Numbered from the stretch's first letter, positions 1 to 13,127 are shown. The stretch is DNA of 55,669 nt from Octopus sinensis (GCF_006345805.1 NW_021833720.1:1-55669), one strand, 5' to 3'. Notes: a model not told the origin generated them from the letters alone. A program made the numbers and translations.

Positions 1-562
1 ACGACCCTGATGAAGGGATGCATAAAATATCTCAGAAACAGCTGTAAGACCTTTCCTTGATAAATATTATGAAATCTATTTACTGCCTTGGACTTTTTAT
101 TTCATTCTGCCAATTTATGTATACACACACACACAGACACACATAGATATATATATAATACAACACCTGGTAGCTTACTGGTAAAGCACGGTCACTTTCA
201 GTGTTCATTAAGTATATGGTAAAGACTTTTCTCGCTGTATTGCATTTTTGTTTCTCTTTTGCATCAGTGATTTTATTTTTGATCTACAAAAATGAAGATA
301 TTTCTTTGCTTTGCTACCTTTCTTTCTACGAAATGAGAAGATTCATAACAGAACTGTTATTTTAATAGGTCGTATCCATTTATCATCCAATGAGATACAT
401 CAGCACCACCAGATGCTCCTGAACCAGTTGTTAAGTACCTGCCCCCCGCCACCATGAGGAATCGATGCTAAATGTGGCGAAACAATTGTTGTGATAAATA
501 ATTAAAATTCTCATTTATTCTATCTTCCTTCTACATTAAATATATATATGTATGTATATATA

Positions 563-1145
563 GGGAGTGATGGGTAAATTGTTGCCATTTTATATTTTTT
601 AATTTCATACATGCGCTTGTTTGTTTTTGGTTTGGTTGACAATACAGTATAGTAGGGTAATCATCAAATACCTGGAGGAGGTAGTGCTGCCCTGGTTCAA
701 GAGGGTGGCTGCTGGAGGACCCTATGTCTAACAACAGGACTTTGTTTGCACCATGCCACACAAGCAGGAGAACCCAGTCATGACTGTCAGGCAATTTTTG
801 CGACCACATTACCCTTAACATCTGGTCACCTAACTCCCCAGACTGCAACTCCATTGATTGGGATGGAGTTAAGCGAGACCAACAAAACTCCTAGTAACAC
901 CAAAGATGAACTGAAGGCAATGATTATGGCAACATTCACCAATTTAAACTAGGAAACCACCCAGAAGAGCTGCAGGAGATTCCGAAGACATGGTTGAAGT
1001 CAATGGCAATTTTATTGAATAAATTTGTTCTTTAGTATTTCAAGATATTTTTATGTAATTTTGCTAAATATATCGGTTAAAATGAGATATCAGCGTTATT
1101 TTTTATCTTTGCTTGATTTCAACGACAGTTTACTCACCGCACCCT
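563..1145 (+). mobile_element. Internally deleted Tc1/mariner (maT/DD37D-like) DNA transposon, non-autonomous
   Basis: Imperfect TIRs (gggagtgatgggtaaattgttg ... cagtttactcaccgcaccc) flanked by TA. Internal decayed transposase C-terminus (…APCHTSRRTQS…WSPNSPDCN…ETNKTPSNTKDELKA…). Homologous to 23981-24873. Confidence 0.8.
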
Positions 1146-1318
1146 ATATGTGTGTGTGTGTGTGTATAGGTATATAGATATATATATATATATATATATA
1201 TGTAATATATATATATATATACATATATATATAATATATATATATATAATATATATATATATATAAGTATATATATATAGTATACACATGTATAATGTAT
1301 ATATATATGTATATATAT

Positions 1319-1357
<39 letters not shown>

Positions 1358-1377
1358 AATGTATATATATATATGTA

Positions 1378-1516
1378 GTTGCAGAAGTAGCTGTGTAGTA
1401 ATAGAGGGGATGTTCAGTCCTGCTGTATGACACTTTGGGCAAGTGTCTTCTACTATAGCCTCAGGCCAACCAAAACCTTGTGAGTGTATTTGGTAGCCAG
1501 AAACTGAAAAAAGCCC
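1378..1516 (+). mobile_element. SINE family A (tRNA-headed, CORE-like), 5' fragment
   Basis: Matches the 5' half of 2819-3225 and 49722-50180 (ttgggcaagtgtcttctactatagcc). Confidence 0.75.
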
Positions 1517-1735
1517 CTGGCAGAAACGTTAGCGCGCCGAGCAAAATGCTTAGCAGTATTTTGTCTGCCGCTACGTTCTGAGTTCAAATTCCATCGAGGT
1601 CAACTTTGCCTTTCATCCTTTCGACGTCGATAAATTAAGTACCAGTTTCACACTGGGGTCGATGTAATCGACTTAATCCATTTGTCTGTTCTTGTTTGTC
1701 CCCTCTATGTTTAGCCCTTGAGGGAAATAAAGAAA
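1517..1735 (+). mobile_element. SINE family B (tRNA-headed), near full-length
   Basis: A/B-box-like head (ggcagaaacgttag…gagttcaaattcc) and central gcctttcatcctttcg…gataaattaagtacc. Reverse complement of 13128-13357 and 43475-43707. Confidence 0.85.
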
Positions 1736-2424
1736 TATATATATATATATATATATATATAAGTTAGTAAACAAAGGACAAATGAGAGGAAACGCCACTT
1801 AACACAGTAGGAGTTACATGTGTTAATTAAAACAGCTTGATTTGGCTCTATGCAACTAAAATGTTCTACAGGCCTCTAACAGAAACCTATCTCTTTCAAG
1901 GTTAGATCACCAAATCAGTAATCTGAAGGGCTTCTGTTAGAGGCCTGTGAAACTTTAAGTCACATGTTGCTGAATCAAATTGCTTTATACAACATACATA
2001 TGTATATATGCATACAAATACATACATACATCAATTAGGTGTAAAGTCCTATTTGTTCAACTGGTGTCTAAAATATATATATATATATATTATATATTCA
2101 CAATTTTATAAAACTTCATAATTCTGTATTATCACAACTATCTGACAAACGGTCACATGAAAATCTGGGTAACAGTTTCTGAAGTCATTTTCAGCTTTAA
2201 TAGAATAGCATTTCATTCTACCTTTGGTATTTGAGTATTATTTTTACCAGCTTGTTTTTGCACTTATGCACTAACTTGCATACACACACACACACACACA
2301 CATACTCATGTATGTATGTATGTATATATGTGTGTGTGTGTGTGTATGCATATGTATATATACAAACTTATATATATATCTATCTGTCTATATATCTATC
2401 TGTCTATATATATATCTATCTGTC

Positions 2425-2470
<46 letters not shown>

Positions 2471-2472
2471 TG

Positions 2473-2665
2473 TTTGAAGAAAGATTTATTTAAAAGTTAT
2501 TAACTATTTGAAAAAAATTATTTACAGAACAGAATGTCATAAACCTTTGAGGAAGAAGTTTCTGTATAGTGTGCAGAAAACTTCTTCCCCAAAGCTCTGT
2601 GACATTCCGTTCTCTAAATAAGTTTTTTTAAATAGTTAATAACTTTAAAAAAATCTTTCTTTGAA
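2473..2665. mobile_element. Foldback/MITE-like imperfect palindrome
   Basis: About 90-bp diverged inverted arms (gaagaaagattt…gaagtttctg / cagaaaacttc…aaatctttct) around a short loop near 2567. Confidence 0.7.
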
Positions 2666-2818
2666 TACTGTGACTGAATCGAGTATGTTTTACAAAATCT
2701 TTTACACACACACACATACATATATACTATAGGCAAAAGGTTTGAAATTTGGTGGCAAGGGGCTAGTCAATTACAGTGACCCCAGTTGTTGGCTGGTACT
2801 TATTTTATCAATCGTGAT

Positions 2819-3225
2819 AGGCACCAGAGTGGCTGTGTGGTAAGTAGCTTGCTTACCAGCTACATGGTTCTGGGTTCAGTCCCACTGCATGGCACCTTGG
2901 GCAAGTGTCTTGTACTATAGCCACGGGCTGACCAAAGCCTTGTGAGTGGATTTGGTAGACAGAAACTGAAAGAAGCCCGTCGTATATATGTATATGTATA
3001 TATGTGTGTGCATGTTTGTATGTCTGTGTTTGTCCCTACAACATCGCTTAACAACCAATGCTCGTGTGTTTACATTCCCGTAACTTAGCGGTTCAGCAAA
3101 AAAGCCCGATAGAATAAGTACTAGGCTTACAAAGAATAAGTCCTGTGGTCGATTTACTTAACTAAAGGCAGTGCTCCAGCATGGCTACAGTCAAATGGCT
3201 GAAACAAATAAAAGAGTAAAAGAGT
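2819..3225 (+). mobile_element. SINE family A, full-length, with internal (TA)/(TG) tract
   Basis: Head gtggctgtgtggtaag…gggttcagtccc (A/B boxes), CORE-like body, 3' tail aaaagagtaaaagagt. At least 9 further copies or fragments in the window. Confidence 0.9.
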
Positions 3226-3826
3226 AGGACAAAAGCAGAGACAACTTGAGTGGAATTTGAACTCAGAATGTAGACAGACGAAATATCACTAAGCATTTTG
3301 TCTGGTGTGCTAGTGTGCTAACAATATAAATTTATATATTGCCTCTCAGCTACATGGTTCTGGATATGGCCAGTTTAAATGCTGAAGGGTTAAACATGGT
3401 TCAACTCATTTTTACTAGTGAAACGTACATGTATACACTTGGGGGTTGAAATTTTTATGGTTATGCTTGAAAGAACAGATATGTAGATAAAATAAGCCAT
3501 GGATTTAATCACAGTTAATACATTGTTTAGCCGTAACTAAGTACAATAAACTAAGGCTTCAAAAATTAATTACCATTGATAGAACAATTGCAAAGAACAC
3601 ATATAAAAGAGAAGAGACTATATTTTATTATAAATATTTGGAAATTTTTTAATTGAAATGATTAATTACCATAATTGCAAAGTCCTATTTTCAAGGATGA
3701 AAATAATTTTTATTTAATCAAGATTATGCTTTATTAAAATTAAATCTAAATGATGTATATGTTTCATTGGTCTGTCTCATTTACTTCTTTGAGAGTTAAT
3801 GTTTAGTTTACTCTTAGCTACTTTAA

Positions 3827-3980
3827 CCCTTTACTGCTTAAACCGGCCATATCTAGCCAAAATATTGTTTCTGTTTTATGTTCAAACTGGTTATATCCAA
3901 CCACTCATACCTACTCTACAATGTCATTCTAAAATTAATAGTCACATCATCAAAATTTTGAAGCTACAAGATAGTATATG

Positions 3981-4040
<60 letters not shown>

Positions 4041-4534
4041 GTTTAACGTCCACTTTCCATGCTAGCATGGGTTGGACAATTTGACTGAGGACCGGTGAAC
4101 CAGATGGCTGCACCAGGCTCCAATCTTGATTTGGCAGAGTTTTTACAGCTGGATGCCCTTCCTAACGCCAACCACTCCAAGAGTGTAGTGGGTGCTTTTA
4201 CGTGCCACCAGCATGAGGGCCAGTCAGGCGGTACTGTCAATGGTCATGGAAAATCATGTTTTTTTTTTTTTTACATGTCACCTGCACACCGGCACAAGTG
4301 CCAGTAAGGTGATGCTGATAACGATCATGCTCGAATGGTGCTTTTTACGTGCCACTAGCACGAATGCCAGTTAGCTGCTCTAGCAACAATCACGCTCGGC
4401 TGGTGCTCTTAATGCTCCACTAGCACGGATGCCAGTCATCAAATTTGATTTTGATTCCAATTGTACATGATTGATTCAAAGCAGTGTGAATAAATAAACA
4501 TTATATTGGACAGAATAATCTGAATGGTAAAGGG
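3827..4534. mobile_element. piggyBac-type MITE interrupted by a (CAT)n-tailed retroelement
   Basis: TTAA-ccctttac … gtaaaggg-TTAA termini. The flanking halves align to the uninterrupted copy at 5036-5256. Confidence 0.8.
3980..4445 (-). mobile_element. RTE-associated SINE or LINE 3' end (family C) with (GAT)n tail
   Basis: (CAT)n followed by cgtttaacgtcc…catgctagcatgggttgg…ggatgcccttcctaacgccaacc. Same family at 13600-13960, 20040-20260, 31540-31735, 35605-35800 and 51712 onward. Confidence 0.8.
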
Positions 4535-5035
4535 TTAAGACAATTATAATTCATATGTAGAATTTAATTTAATTTAATTAATATACTATCTCTTCTGCAC
4601 CAAAGATGGTACCTGTTTGGTTTGATTCCCTTAGATATCTCTGTAGAGATATAATTAAGATTAAAATACCTACATGTAATTGGGATTTTAGAATTTGTCT
4701 TAAATTTTCTTTTGGTTCATTACTTGGAAATAATAGATTAAATACAATTCTAAATTTTAATTATTATTATCTCAAATGAGCCAATTAGGAATGAGTCTAA
4801 CTTCCATGCAAAGAAAACAAGTGGCTAGACCAATCAAATTGATGGATTTAGAAAGAAAGTTATCAGGCCTCTGGCCACATTACTAGCTGGGAGTTCAATA
4901 AAGCACGATGTCATTTACCACATATTGTATTGAAGGTGATAACAAGAGCAAAGCAATGACCTGAGTTTATATTTCACTTGCCCTGACAAGGATATTTTCA
5001 GTGCATTATTGCAGAGACCCAGTTAACATATTTAA

Positions 5036-5256
5036 CCCTTTAGTGTTTAAACCGGCCAAATCCAGCCCAATATATTCTATATGTTTTATATTCAAACTGG
5101 CGATATCTAGCCTCTCACTCCTAACCTACAATGCCATTCTGAAAATAAACAATCACATCATTGAAACCTCAAAGCTATAAGATAATGCATGATTAATTCA
5201 AAACAATTTGAGTGAAAAAGTATTACATTTAACAGAGTATTCTGAACACTAAAGGG
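5036..5256. mobile_element. piggyBac-type MITE, intact
   Basis: 12-bp TIR ccctttagtgtt / aacactaaaggg, with TTAA on both sides (5032-5035, 5257-5260). Confidence 0.85.
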
Positions 5257-5291
5257 TTAAACAGCAAAGAAAAATTCACAAGACATTTAAA

Positions 5292-5696
5292 TCTTTTATT
5301 CTTTTACTTCTTCCAGTCATATGACTACAGCCATGATGGAGCACTACCTTACTACTTTACTTGAAGAGATCAACCCCAGGACTTATTCTTTGTAAGCCTA
5401 GTACTTATTCTATCAGTCTTTTTTTTTTTACCATACTGCAAAGTTACAGGGACAGAAACACACCAGTAACAGTTGTCAAGTGATGGCAGAGGTGGGGGAC
5501 AAATACAGATACACAAATATAAATACATACACACACCCACGCATGCACACGCATATATGATAAGCTTCTTTCAGTTTCCATCTACCAAATCCACTCACAA
5601 GGTTATGGTTGGCCCAATACTATAGTAGAAGACACTTGCTCAAGGTACCATGCAGTGGGAAGCAAGCTTCTTACCACACAGCCACACCTGTTCCTA
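5292..5696 (-). mobile_element. SINE family A, near full-length
   Basis: Reverse complement of 2819-3225. Confidence 0.85.
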
Positions 5697-6002
5697 TGAT
5701 ATAAAGGTATTTTCTTTTTGATGATTTTATTGTCATAAAGCTAAAGAAAATATCCTGCTTCTGTTTGTATACCTGTCTCCCAGTAGTTTTGAATTATGAC
5801 CTCACATTGTAACGGAAAAATCGCTTTCAACATATCAGATCTTCAAAATTTCTTTATGTTGCAAAATTAGAATGAGTAAGTCATGACTATGCTTTTTGGC
5901 AACAAGAAGGGGGGCATATGGCTGTAAACCAACGCTTGAGAAAATTTGTCTCCACGAACATGCAGCATAGCAGTAGAAAAGCAGGTGTTAACTACACAGA
6001 AT

Positions 6003-6358
6003 AGAAGACAAGAAGAAGAAGAAGAAAAAGAAGAAGAAGAGAAGAATAGAAAGAAGAACGAAGAAGACGAAAGAAGAAGAAGAAGAAGAAAGAAGACAAC
6101 AGAGAAAGAAGAAGAAAGAAAGAAGAAGAAGAGAGAAGAGAAAGAGAAGAGAAGAGAAGAGATAGAAAAGAAGAGAAGAAGAAGAAGAAGAGAAGAAGAA
6201 GACGAAAGAAGGAAGAAGAAGAAAGAAGAAGAAGAAGAAAGAAAAAGAAGAAGAAAGAAGAAGAAGAAAAGAGAAGAAGAAGAAGGAAGAAGGAAGAGAA
6301 AGAAGAAAGAAGAAGACGAAGAAGAAGAGAAGAAGACAAGAATGAAGAAGACAAATGA
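6003..6358 (+). repeat. Degenerate (GAA)n polypurine tract
   Basis: About 355 bp of almost pure A/G with rare C/T. It produces the spurious poly-E/K/R and poly-F/S/L ORFs. Confidence 0.95.
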
Positions 6359-6527
6359 GGATGATCTTGACTTCAAGAGAGGGGGAAAGTCGATTACGGT
6401 GTTCAACTGGTACTTATTTTATTGACTGTGAAAGGATTAAAGGCAAAGTCGACTATAGTGGATTTCAAACTCAGAACATAGCATGGAAAGCGGACCTTAA
6501 ACGATGATGATGATGATGATAATGATG

Positions 6528-6559
<32 letters not shown>

Positions 6560-6587
6560 ATATATATAGTATGTACAATTATATATA

Positions 6588-8040
6588 CATGATGGCCATC
6601 CACTCATGACCAAGGAAGACCACTGCTGACCTTTAGATACATTGTGCGCTCTAGGACTAACTTATATTTTGTATTTGCAGCTCTGTTGGTGGCTAATGAG
6701 CCCTGCTCTTGACAACCATGCATGACTGCAAACATTGCAACCCAAGCTTTCCCCATTCACTACACTAGCAGTGCACTTTCAAGTAGCATGCTTAAATTTT
6801 TGATGCTGAATACGTGCTCTCTGAAAGGTGTCGACCACATCCTTAACCTGCTTCCCTCATCTGTGGCGATGACAGTCATTGCTTTCATAGTCAATTTCCT
6901 GCATATCACAGGCCTTTAATGAGGACTTGACACAGTCCTTAAATTGCAGCCTTGGTTTCTGCTGGGGTCTCTTTCTAATGATATGTTCCCCATATGGCAT
7001 CTATTTTGGGATCCTGCTATCCTTCATTCTAATAAGGTGTCCAGTCCAGCTTGTGCACCATCACCTCAATACTCAAGATATCAGCTTTCCTCAGGACTTA
7101 TGTGTCTGGAGATTTTAAGCCAACATTCAGAATGTGTCTCAGACATCTCTGATGAATGCGTTCAAGGACCCTTACATGACGTTTGTAAAGGATCCATGTC
7201 TCACATGAGTAAAGAAGTGATGTCAGTACACATGCACAGTACACAGCAATTTTTGTTTGCCTTGTGATTCCATGCTGGGACCAGACACGAAAGACACGAA
7301 AGTGAAAAGACCAGAAGGAATCAGTTGCTCTCTATAGCCTGAAAGATGTTTCATCATCCAGGGAGCAAGAATGGCTGAGTCTGCTTCCCAGGTAGACAAA
7401 CCTGTCTACCACTTTCAGTATTGTTCCTTCAACCAAGATAGATGGTTCCATATATGGGTTTCCTGGTGCAGGCTGGAACATTACAACAGTCTTGTCCCGG
7501 CTAATACTGAGTCCAAATGCCTGGAAAGAAGCAGAAATACAATTCATAGGTATTGGCATGTCATCCACTATACGAGTGACTAAGTCACAATCATCTGTAT
7601 AAAGGAGGTCACAAATAAGAGTCTGGAAACTTTTGAATTGGCAGCAAATCAGCGCAGATTAAAGAGGCAGCCAGAAGATCAATACCTGACATATATTCCC
7701 AGAGGGCTAACCTTAGCAAAAGTATGAGTAAAAGCAGCAGCAAAGTACAAAGAAAAGAGAGTTGGAGCAAGGATGCCACCCTACTTGACACCATTCTCTA
7801 CAGAAACGGGTCCCACCATGCCACACCAACATTGACACAAGTCTCCATCCCATCATGAAATGATTTAATTATAGATACAAAGTGATCTGGACATCCAAGT
7901 TTGTCAAGTATTTTCCATATCAAGGCACTATACACAGTATCAAAGTCCTTGGTTAAATCAATGAATACCTGGACAAGATCCATATTCTGCCCATAGCAAT
8001 TCTCTTGCATCTGTCTTGCTGTAAAAATCATATCCATTGT
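6588..8040 (-). mobile_element. RTE (BovB-like) LINE, 5'-truncated, decayed RT and C-terminus
   Basis: Minus-strand translation gives MIFTARQMQE…VFIDLTKDFDTV…KLGCPDHFVSIIKSFHDGM, FGLSISRDKTVVMFQP…VDRFVYLGS and TKIAVYCACVLTSLLYSCETW…RIHQRCLRHIL, plus a C-terminal C/H motif (CNVC…HQQSC). It ends at an RTE-type ggatggccatcat terminus. Stops and frameshifts are present. Confidence 0.92.
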
Positions 8041-8199
8041 CCCTCTACCAGATCAGAAGCCACATTGAGATTCAGATAGGACATCATTTACAAGAAGAAT
8101 CTTTGCTAGCACTTTGCCATCAGCTGATACGTATATATACAGACATAAATATACCTAATATGAATATATACATGCACACACACACAGTCACATGTGTAT

Positions 8200-8233
8200 A
8201 TGCAAATATATATGTATATATGTATATATAAAC

Positions 8234-8278
<45 letters not shown>

Positions 8279-8843
8279 TATATACACATATATATACACA
8301 TATATATATGCATGTGTATATGTGTTCATGTATACACAAGCATATGAATACACATACACATATGCATGCACAGACATTCACATATGCACACACACACACA
8401 CACACATGCACACATATGCAAGCGCACAGAACAGTAGTATTCAGTTTGGCTAAATACATAAAAATAGCCGTGAAAAAATACCAAATATAAGAAAGTAAGA
8501 AAAATGCATCAGAGCTGTAGTATGAAGTGAAAGTAAGACGAAATGGCTGTGAATGAGAACATAATGAAATGATCTTCAAGTGACACAATAGATGAGGCAA
8601 GGTGCAATGTGAATGTACATATATATATATATATTTAGGTGAGGCAGTGAAGACTGCAAAAAAAAGTTGGGCAGACAAAGACAAAGAACTTAACTGCAGC
8701 CAATCCAAAAACTGGAATAACTGTGGTCGTGCATTTCCTATCACTAACATGTATGCAATAATAAAATACCAGATTCACATCCATTTATAACAGACACACA
8801 TAATATAGGCTTATTATAGATATATATGCATTGTTTTATTATA

Positions 8844-8889
<46 letters not shown>

Positions 8890-9007
8890 TATATATATAA
8901 ACACACATGATTATATGTATGTATGTATATATATATATATATATATATATGTATTACATAGAAATTACATACATATGAATATACATATAGTGATGTAACA
9001 TAACATA

Positions 9008-9070
<63 letters not shown>

Positions 9071-9215
9071 TGTTATTTACATACAAATGTATGTGTGTGT
9101 GGTGTGTGTGTGTGTGTGTGTGTGGCAGCATTTATGTGTGCTTGTGTTTATGTTTGAGTGTGTGTGCACATATTATGTGTGTGTGTATATATATATAAAT
9201 ATATAAATACACACA

Positions 9216-9257
<42 letters not shown>

Positions 9258-9292
9258 GTATATATATATGTATATATAAATACATATGTATG

Positions 9293-9333
<41 letters not shown>

Positions 9334-9380
9334 ACATATATATGTACACACACATATATATGTACATATATATTTAGGTA
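8200..9380. repeat. Compound (TA)n/(CA)n/(TG)n microsatellite fields, representative of many across the window
   Basis: Direct inspection. Similar fields at 1147-1375, 10000-10910, 11250-11860, 14710-15300, 20270-20680, 23060-23480, 28850-29080, 37290-37560 and 55497-55669. Confidence 0.95.
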
Positions 9381-10241
9381 TAACCAAATGTATACATCTG
9401 TTACAATATTTTTTTAATATTTTGTCTTCTGTGTGTTTTCCTTTCTTAAGTTACTTTTTGTTGGGAGGGAGAAGGTGGTTGGGGTAGAATCTTTCTTTCT
9501 CTCTAATTTCCCCACCATGCCCCCACCGCCACCACCACCACAAACACACACATACACAATCATACATGCATATATATATACACACACACACAGCCACTTC
9601 TGAATATTTTTATATATTCGTCACTGTGGGCAAATGAATTATACTTTTCTTTATGAAAAGTAAAAATAACTTGATGGCAATAAATCGTTGTGGCAAGACA
9701 AAAAGGTAGAGAATTGTTCTTTAAGACAAAGTCTGTAGTTAGCACACAAAGATATGAAAGGCTTCTGTAGCAAATGTATAATTGAGGAATCTGTTCAAAT
9801 GTACCACCCCTAAAAATAACTTGTGTCTTCGGAAATCTTCCTTCTGCATAGAGGTGGAATGGAAGAAAAAAAAAATTATAGAAAAAGTGAAGTACACACA
9901 CTTACGTACAAATGCACAGACAGAAACACACATGCATACAAACATATACACACATGCACACACACAAAGGTATAGATGTATGTGATTGTGTGTAATAATA
10001 TTAGTATGTGTGTGAGCGAGTGTGAAAGTCTACACAAATGAGCATGGGTGTGTGTGTCTGTGTGTCTGTGTGTGTAAGTATATATGTATGTGTATGTGTG
10101 TATATATCAGTGTGTATAGGTGTTTGTATATATATATGTGTGGTGTGTATGTAAGTATATGTCTGCATATATGTGTTTGTGCATAGATGTGTGTAAGTAT
10201 GTGTATGTGTATATATATGTGTGTCTATGAGTATATATATA

Positions 10242-10283
<42 letters not shown>

Positions 10284-10442
10284 GATAGATAGATTTATAG
10301 ATATATGTATGTATGTATGTATGTGTGTATCCATTTTTGTCACATCAGTTATATGTTTCATATAATTAATACAAACAGTCTCTTCATGTATATGTACATA
10401 CATATATATAAATGCTAACACAAATATGTTTGTGTGTGTGTT

Positions 10443-10479
<37 letters not shown>

Positions 10480-10550
10480 TAATATATATATATGCATATA
10501 TGTTTATATCCATCTATGGATGTATGTATGTATGTATGTATGTTGTATAT

Positions 10551-10598
<48 letters not shown>

Positions 10599-10732
10599 CC
10601 CCAGTACATAAAGATAGAGAGAAGAAATGTCCAGAGAATGAAAGAGAGATGATACAGAGAGACAGAGAGGCAACAGGCAGACAGAAAGACAAAACAGACA
10701 GATTGGTAGATAGATAGATAGATTGATAAATG

Positions 10733-10788
<56 letters not shown>

Positions 10789-10964
10789 CGCTAACAGACC
10801 AATAATTCAGTTGAAGTGTATGTGTGTGTGTGTGTGTATATATATATATGTATACACACACACATATATATATATATACATATACATATATATATATGAA
10901 TGCATATGTGTACAGCATCTGTACATGTATGGTTACATGGTGGCGTAGTTACATAGGTACATAC

Positions 10965-11044
10965 ATCTAAAGACCTGTATTAAATTAAAGAAGACAAAAA
11001 CTACAAGAAAGGCCCAAGAAAGGTTGGGAGTGGGGCAAAACAGC
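10965..11044 (-). CDS. Candidate internal exon of an unidentified gene (LFCPTPNLSWAFLVVFVFFNLIQVFR)
   Basis: Pyrimidine tract plus CAG acceptor (cctttcacag|), |gtatgt donor, 80 nt, open in one frame, hydrophobic. No homology recognised. Confidence 0.3.
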
Positions 11045-11638
11045 CTGTGAAAGGTGTAATGTGCAAATTAGTAGATATGTCATTTTATAAATAGCCTATT
11101 CTTGATTCCCTTGAAGAGAAGCAGATTGTTAACAAACTGCAAAACACAGATAAGTCAGCTTGTAATTTCACTCAGTTTTTTTTTTGCGACTGTTTTTTTT
11201 TACCTTTTTTTATCAAAGTCTTTTTACCTTTATTTTCTTTCTTTGTTGTCTTTGTGTGTGAGTGTATATATATGTGTGTGTTTATGTATGTGTGTGTGTA
11301 TATACACACACACATTTATATGTGCATTTGTGTATGTATATATGAATATATATATATATACACACATACATATGCATGTATATATATATATATACATATA
11401 TGTATATGCATATGTGTATATAATGTATATGTATATGTGTATATATATATGTATATGTGTATATATATATGTATATGTATATATGTGTATATATATATAT
11501 AAATATATATATATATGTGTGTTATATGTATATGTATATATGTATACATATATATATATGATATGTGTGTGTTCAATATATACATGTATATACATTTATA
11601 TATGAATATTATATAGATGTGTTAATATATCTATATTA

Positions 11639-11669
<31 letters not shown>

Positions 11670-11687
11670 CATATATATATATATATA

Positions 11688-11731
<44 letters not shown>

Positions 11732-11829
11732 TATATGTATAAATAAGTTTGCATGTGCATGTGTTCATGTATAAATGTGTGTGCATGTGTACATATGTGT
11801 ATGTGTGTGTATGTGTGCGAGCATGTATG

Positions 11830-11864
<35 letters not shown>

Positions 11865-11914
11865 GTCAAATCATAAAAAAAATGTAGTTTGTGAAAGTAT
11901 GAAAGTTTACTTAC

Positions 11915-11987
11915 AACTGCTTATTGTTTTTATTTTTCCAGCACTGGACAGAATGCTTTCTTCTCAAGAAAATATATGAATTAAACA
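11915..11987 (-). CDS. Candidate internal exon (FNSYIFLRRKHSVQCWKNKNNKQ)
   Basis: ttccttttccag| acceptor and |gtaagt donor, 73 nt. Phase-compatible with 10965-11044. No homology recognised. Confidence 0.3.
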
Positions 11988-12167
11988 CTGGAAAAGGAAT
12001 ATTTTCTCTAAATACCTTAATTTACTTACATAACATTCGATTTGGATGAGATAGTACTCAAGTAGATTATTAATTTATCAATTTTCACCTCCACTCCTAA
12101 TTAGCAATCTGATAAATGAAAGGTAAGCCAATAAAAAACACCTCTACATTCGATCAATATTAATCAT

Positions 12168-12660
12168 GGAGGTGTGTAGCTTAGTGGTTAGGTTGTTGGA
12201 CTCGTGATCGTAAGATTGTGGTTTCAATTCCTAGACCGGGTGATGCATTGTGTTCTTGAGCAAAACACTTCATTTCATATTGCTCCTATCCACTTAGCTG
12301 GCAAAAATGAGTAACCCTGTGAGAGACTAGCTTCCCATCCAGGTGGGTAATATATACAACATGAAACCAGGAAACTTGTCTTTATGAGTTAGTACTACTC
12401 TAGAAGGTAACCTTGTTGTGGAGGCACATGGCTTAATGGTTAAAGTGTTAGACTCGTGATCATAAGATTATGATTTCAATTCTTGAACCAGCCGATGCGT
12501 TGTATTCTTGAGCAAAATACTTCATTTTACGTTGCTCCAGTCCACTCAGCTGGCAAAAATGAGTAATCCTGTGGCGTCCAATCCAGGTGCAGAATTTATA
12601 CATCATGGAAACCAGGTAACCTCCCTTTATGTGTTGGTGTAACTCAAGAAGGTAACTTTA
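12168..12660 (+). mobile_element. Two tandem copies of tRNA-headed SINE family E
   Basis: Two ~245-bp related units (ggaggtgtgtagcttagtggttagg…ttcaattcc…cttgagcaaaacacttcattt…). A reverse copy lies at 31280-31520. Confidence 0.8.
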
Positions 12661-13127
12661 TTTTTACTTTTACCGTCAACCTGTACATGATAACTAGATT
12701 CATTAGAAAAAGCAATTAAATATACTTCAGACTGCACCTGCAATGGACATTGAAGTAATGTAGTCCAAGATACACTATGACAGAATAGTGAAGGTATGTG
12801 GCTTAGTAAATAGGGTATTTGGTTTACAAATGTAAGCTCATGAGTTCAATTCCCAGTGGCACATTGTGCCTTCGATGGAGACCCTTTATTTCATGCTGCT
12901 CCAGTAATAGTGGCACAGTGGATTGAGGAAGGATGAAAAAAAAATGATTACATCCAGAATTGGGGGTTAGCAGACTATCAAGAGAAGCAGACTGAAGGAT
13001 ATTTAATGTAACAAAGGGTTCACTGGTCAAAAGAAGTGAGTAAAGAAAAGTGAGGGAAGCTAATATGTGCAATTATGAAGATCAATGCTTAACTACATAG
13101 AAACAGAAATGATTTGATATAAAATAT

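Noticed and set aside
5867-6425. 159-179-aa poly-E/K/R and poly-F/S/L ORFs
   Set aside because: Artefacts of the GAA tract, which has no stop codons in several frames.
8639-8750. Plus-strand exon candidate EAVKTAKKSWADKDKELNCSQSKNWNNCGRAFPITN
   Set aside because: It has AG/GT ends and an open frame, but no polypyrimidine tract, no recognised homology and no convincing plus-strand partner exons. Left unresolved.
9620-9856. Minus-strand exon candidate after a strong acceptor (…ctctatgcag|AAGGAAG)
   Set aside because: Joining it to the 10965-11044 candidate creates an immediate TAA, and no homology is recognised. It could be a UTR exon or chance.
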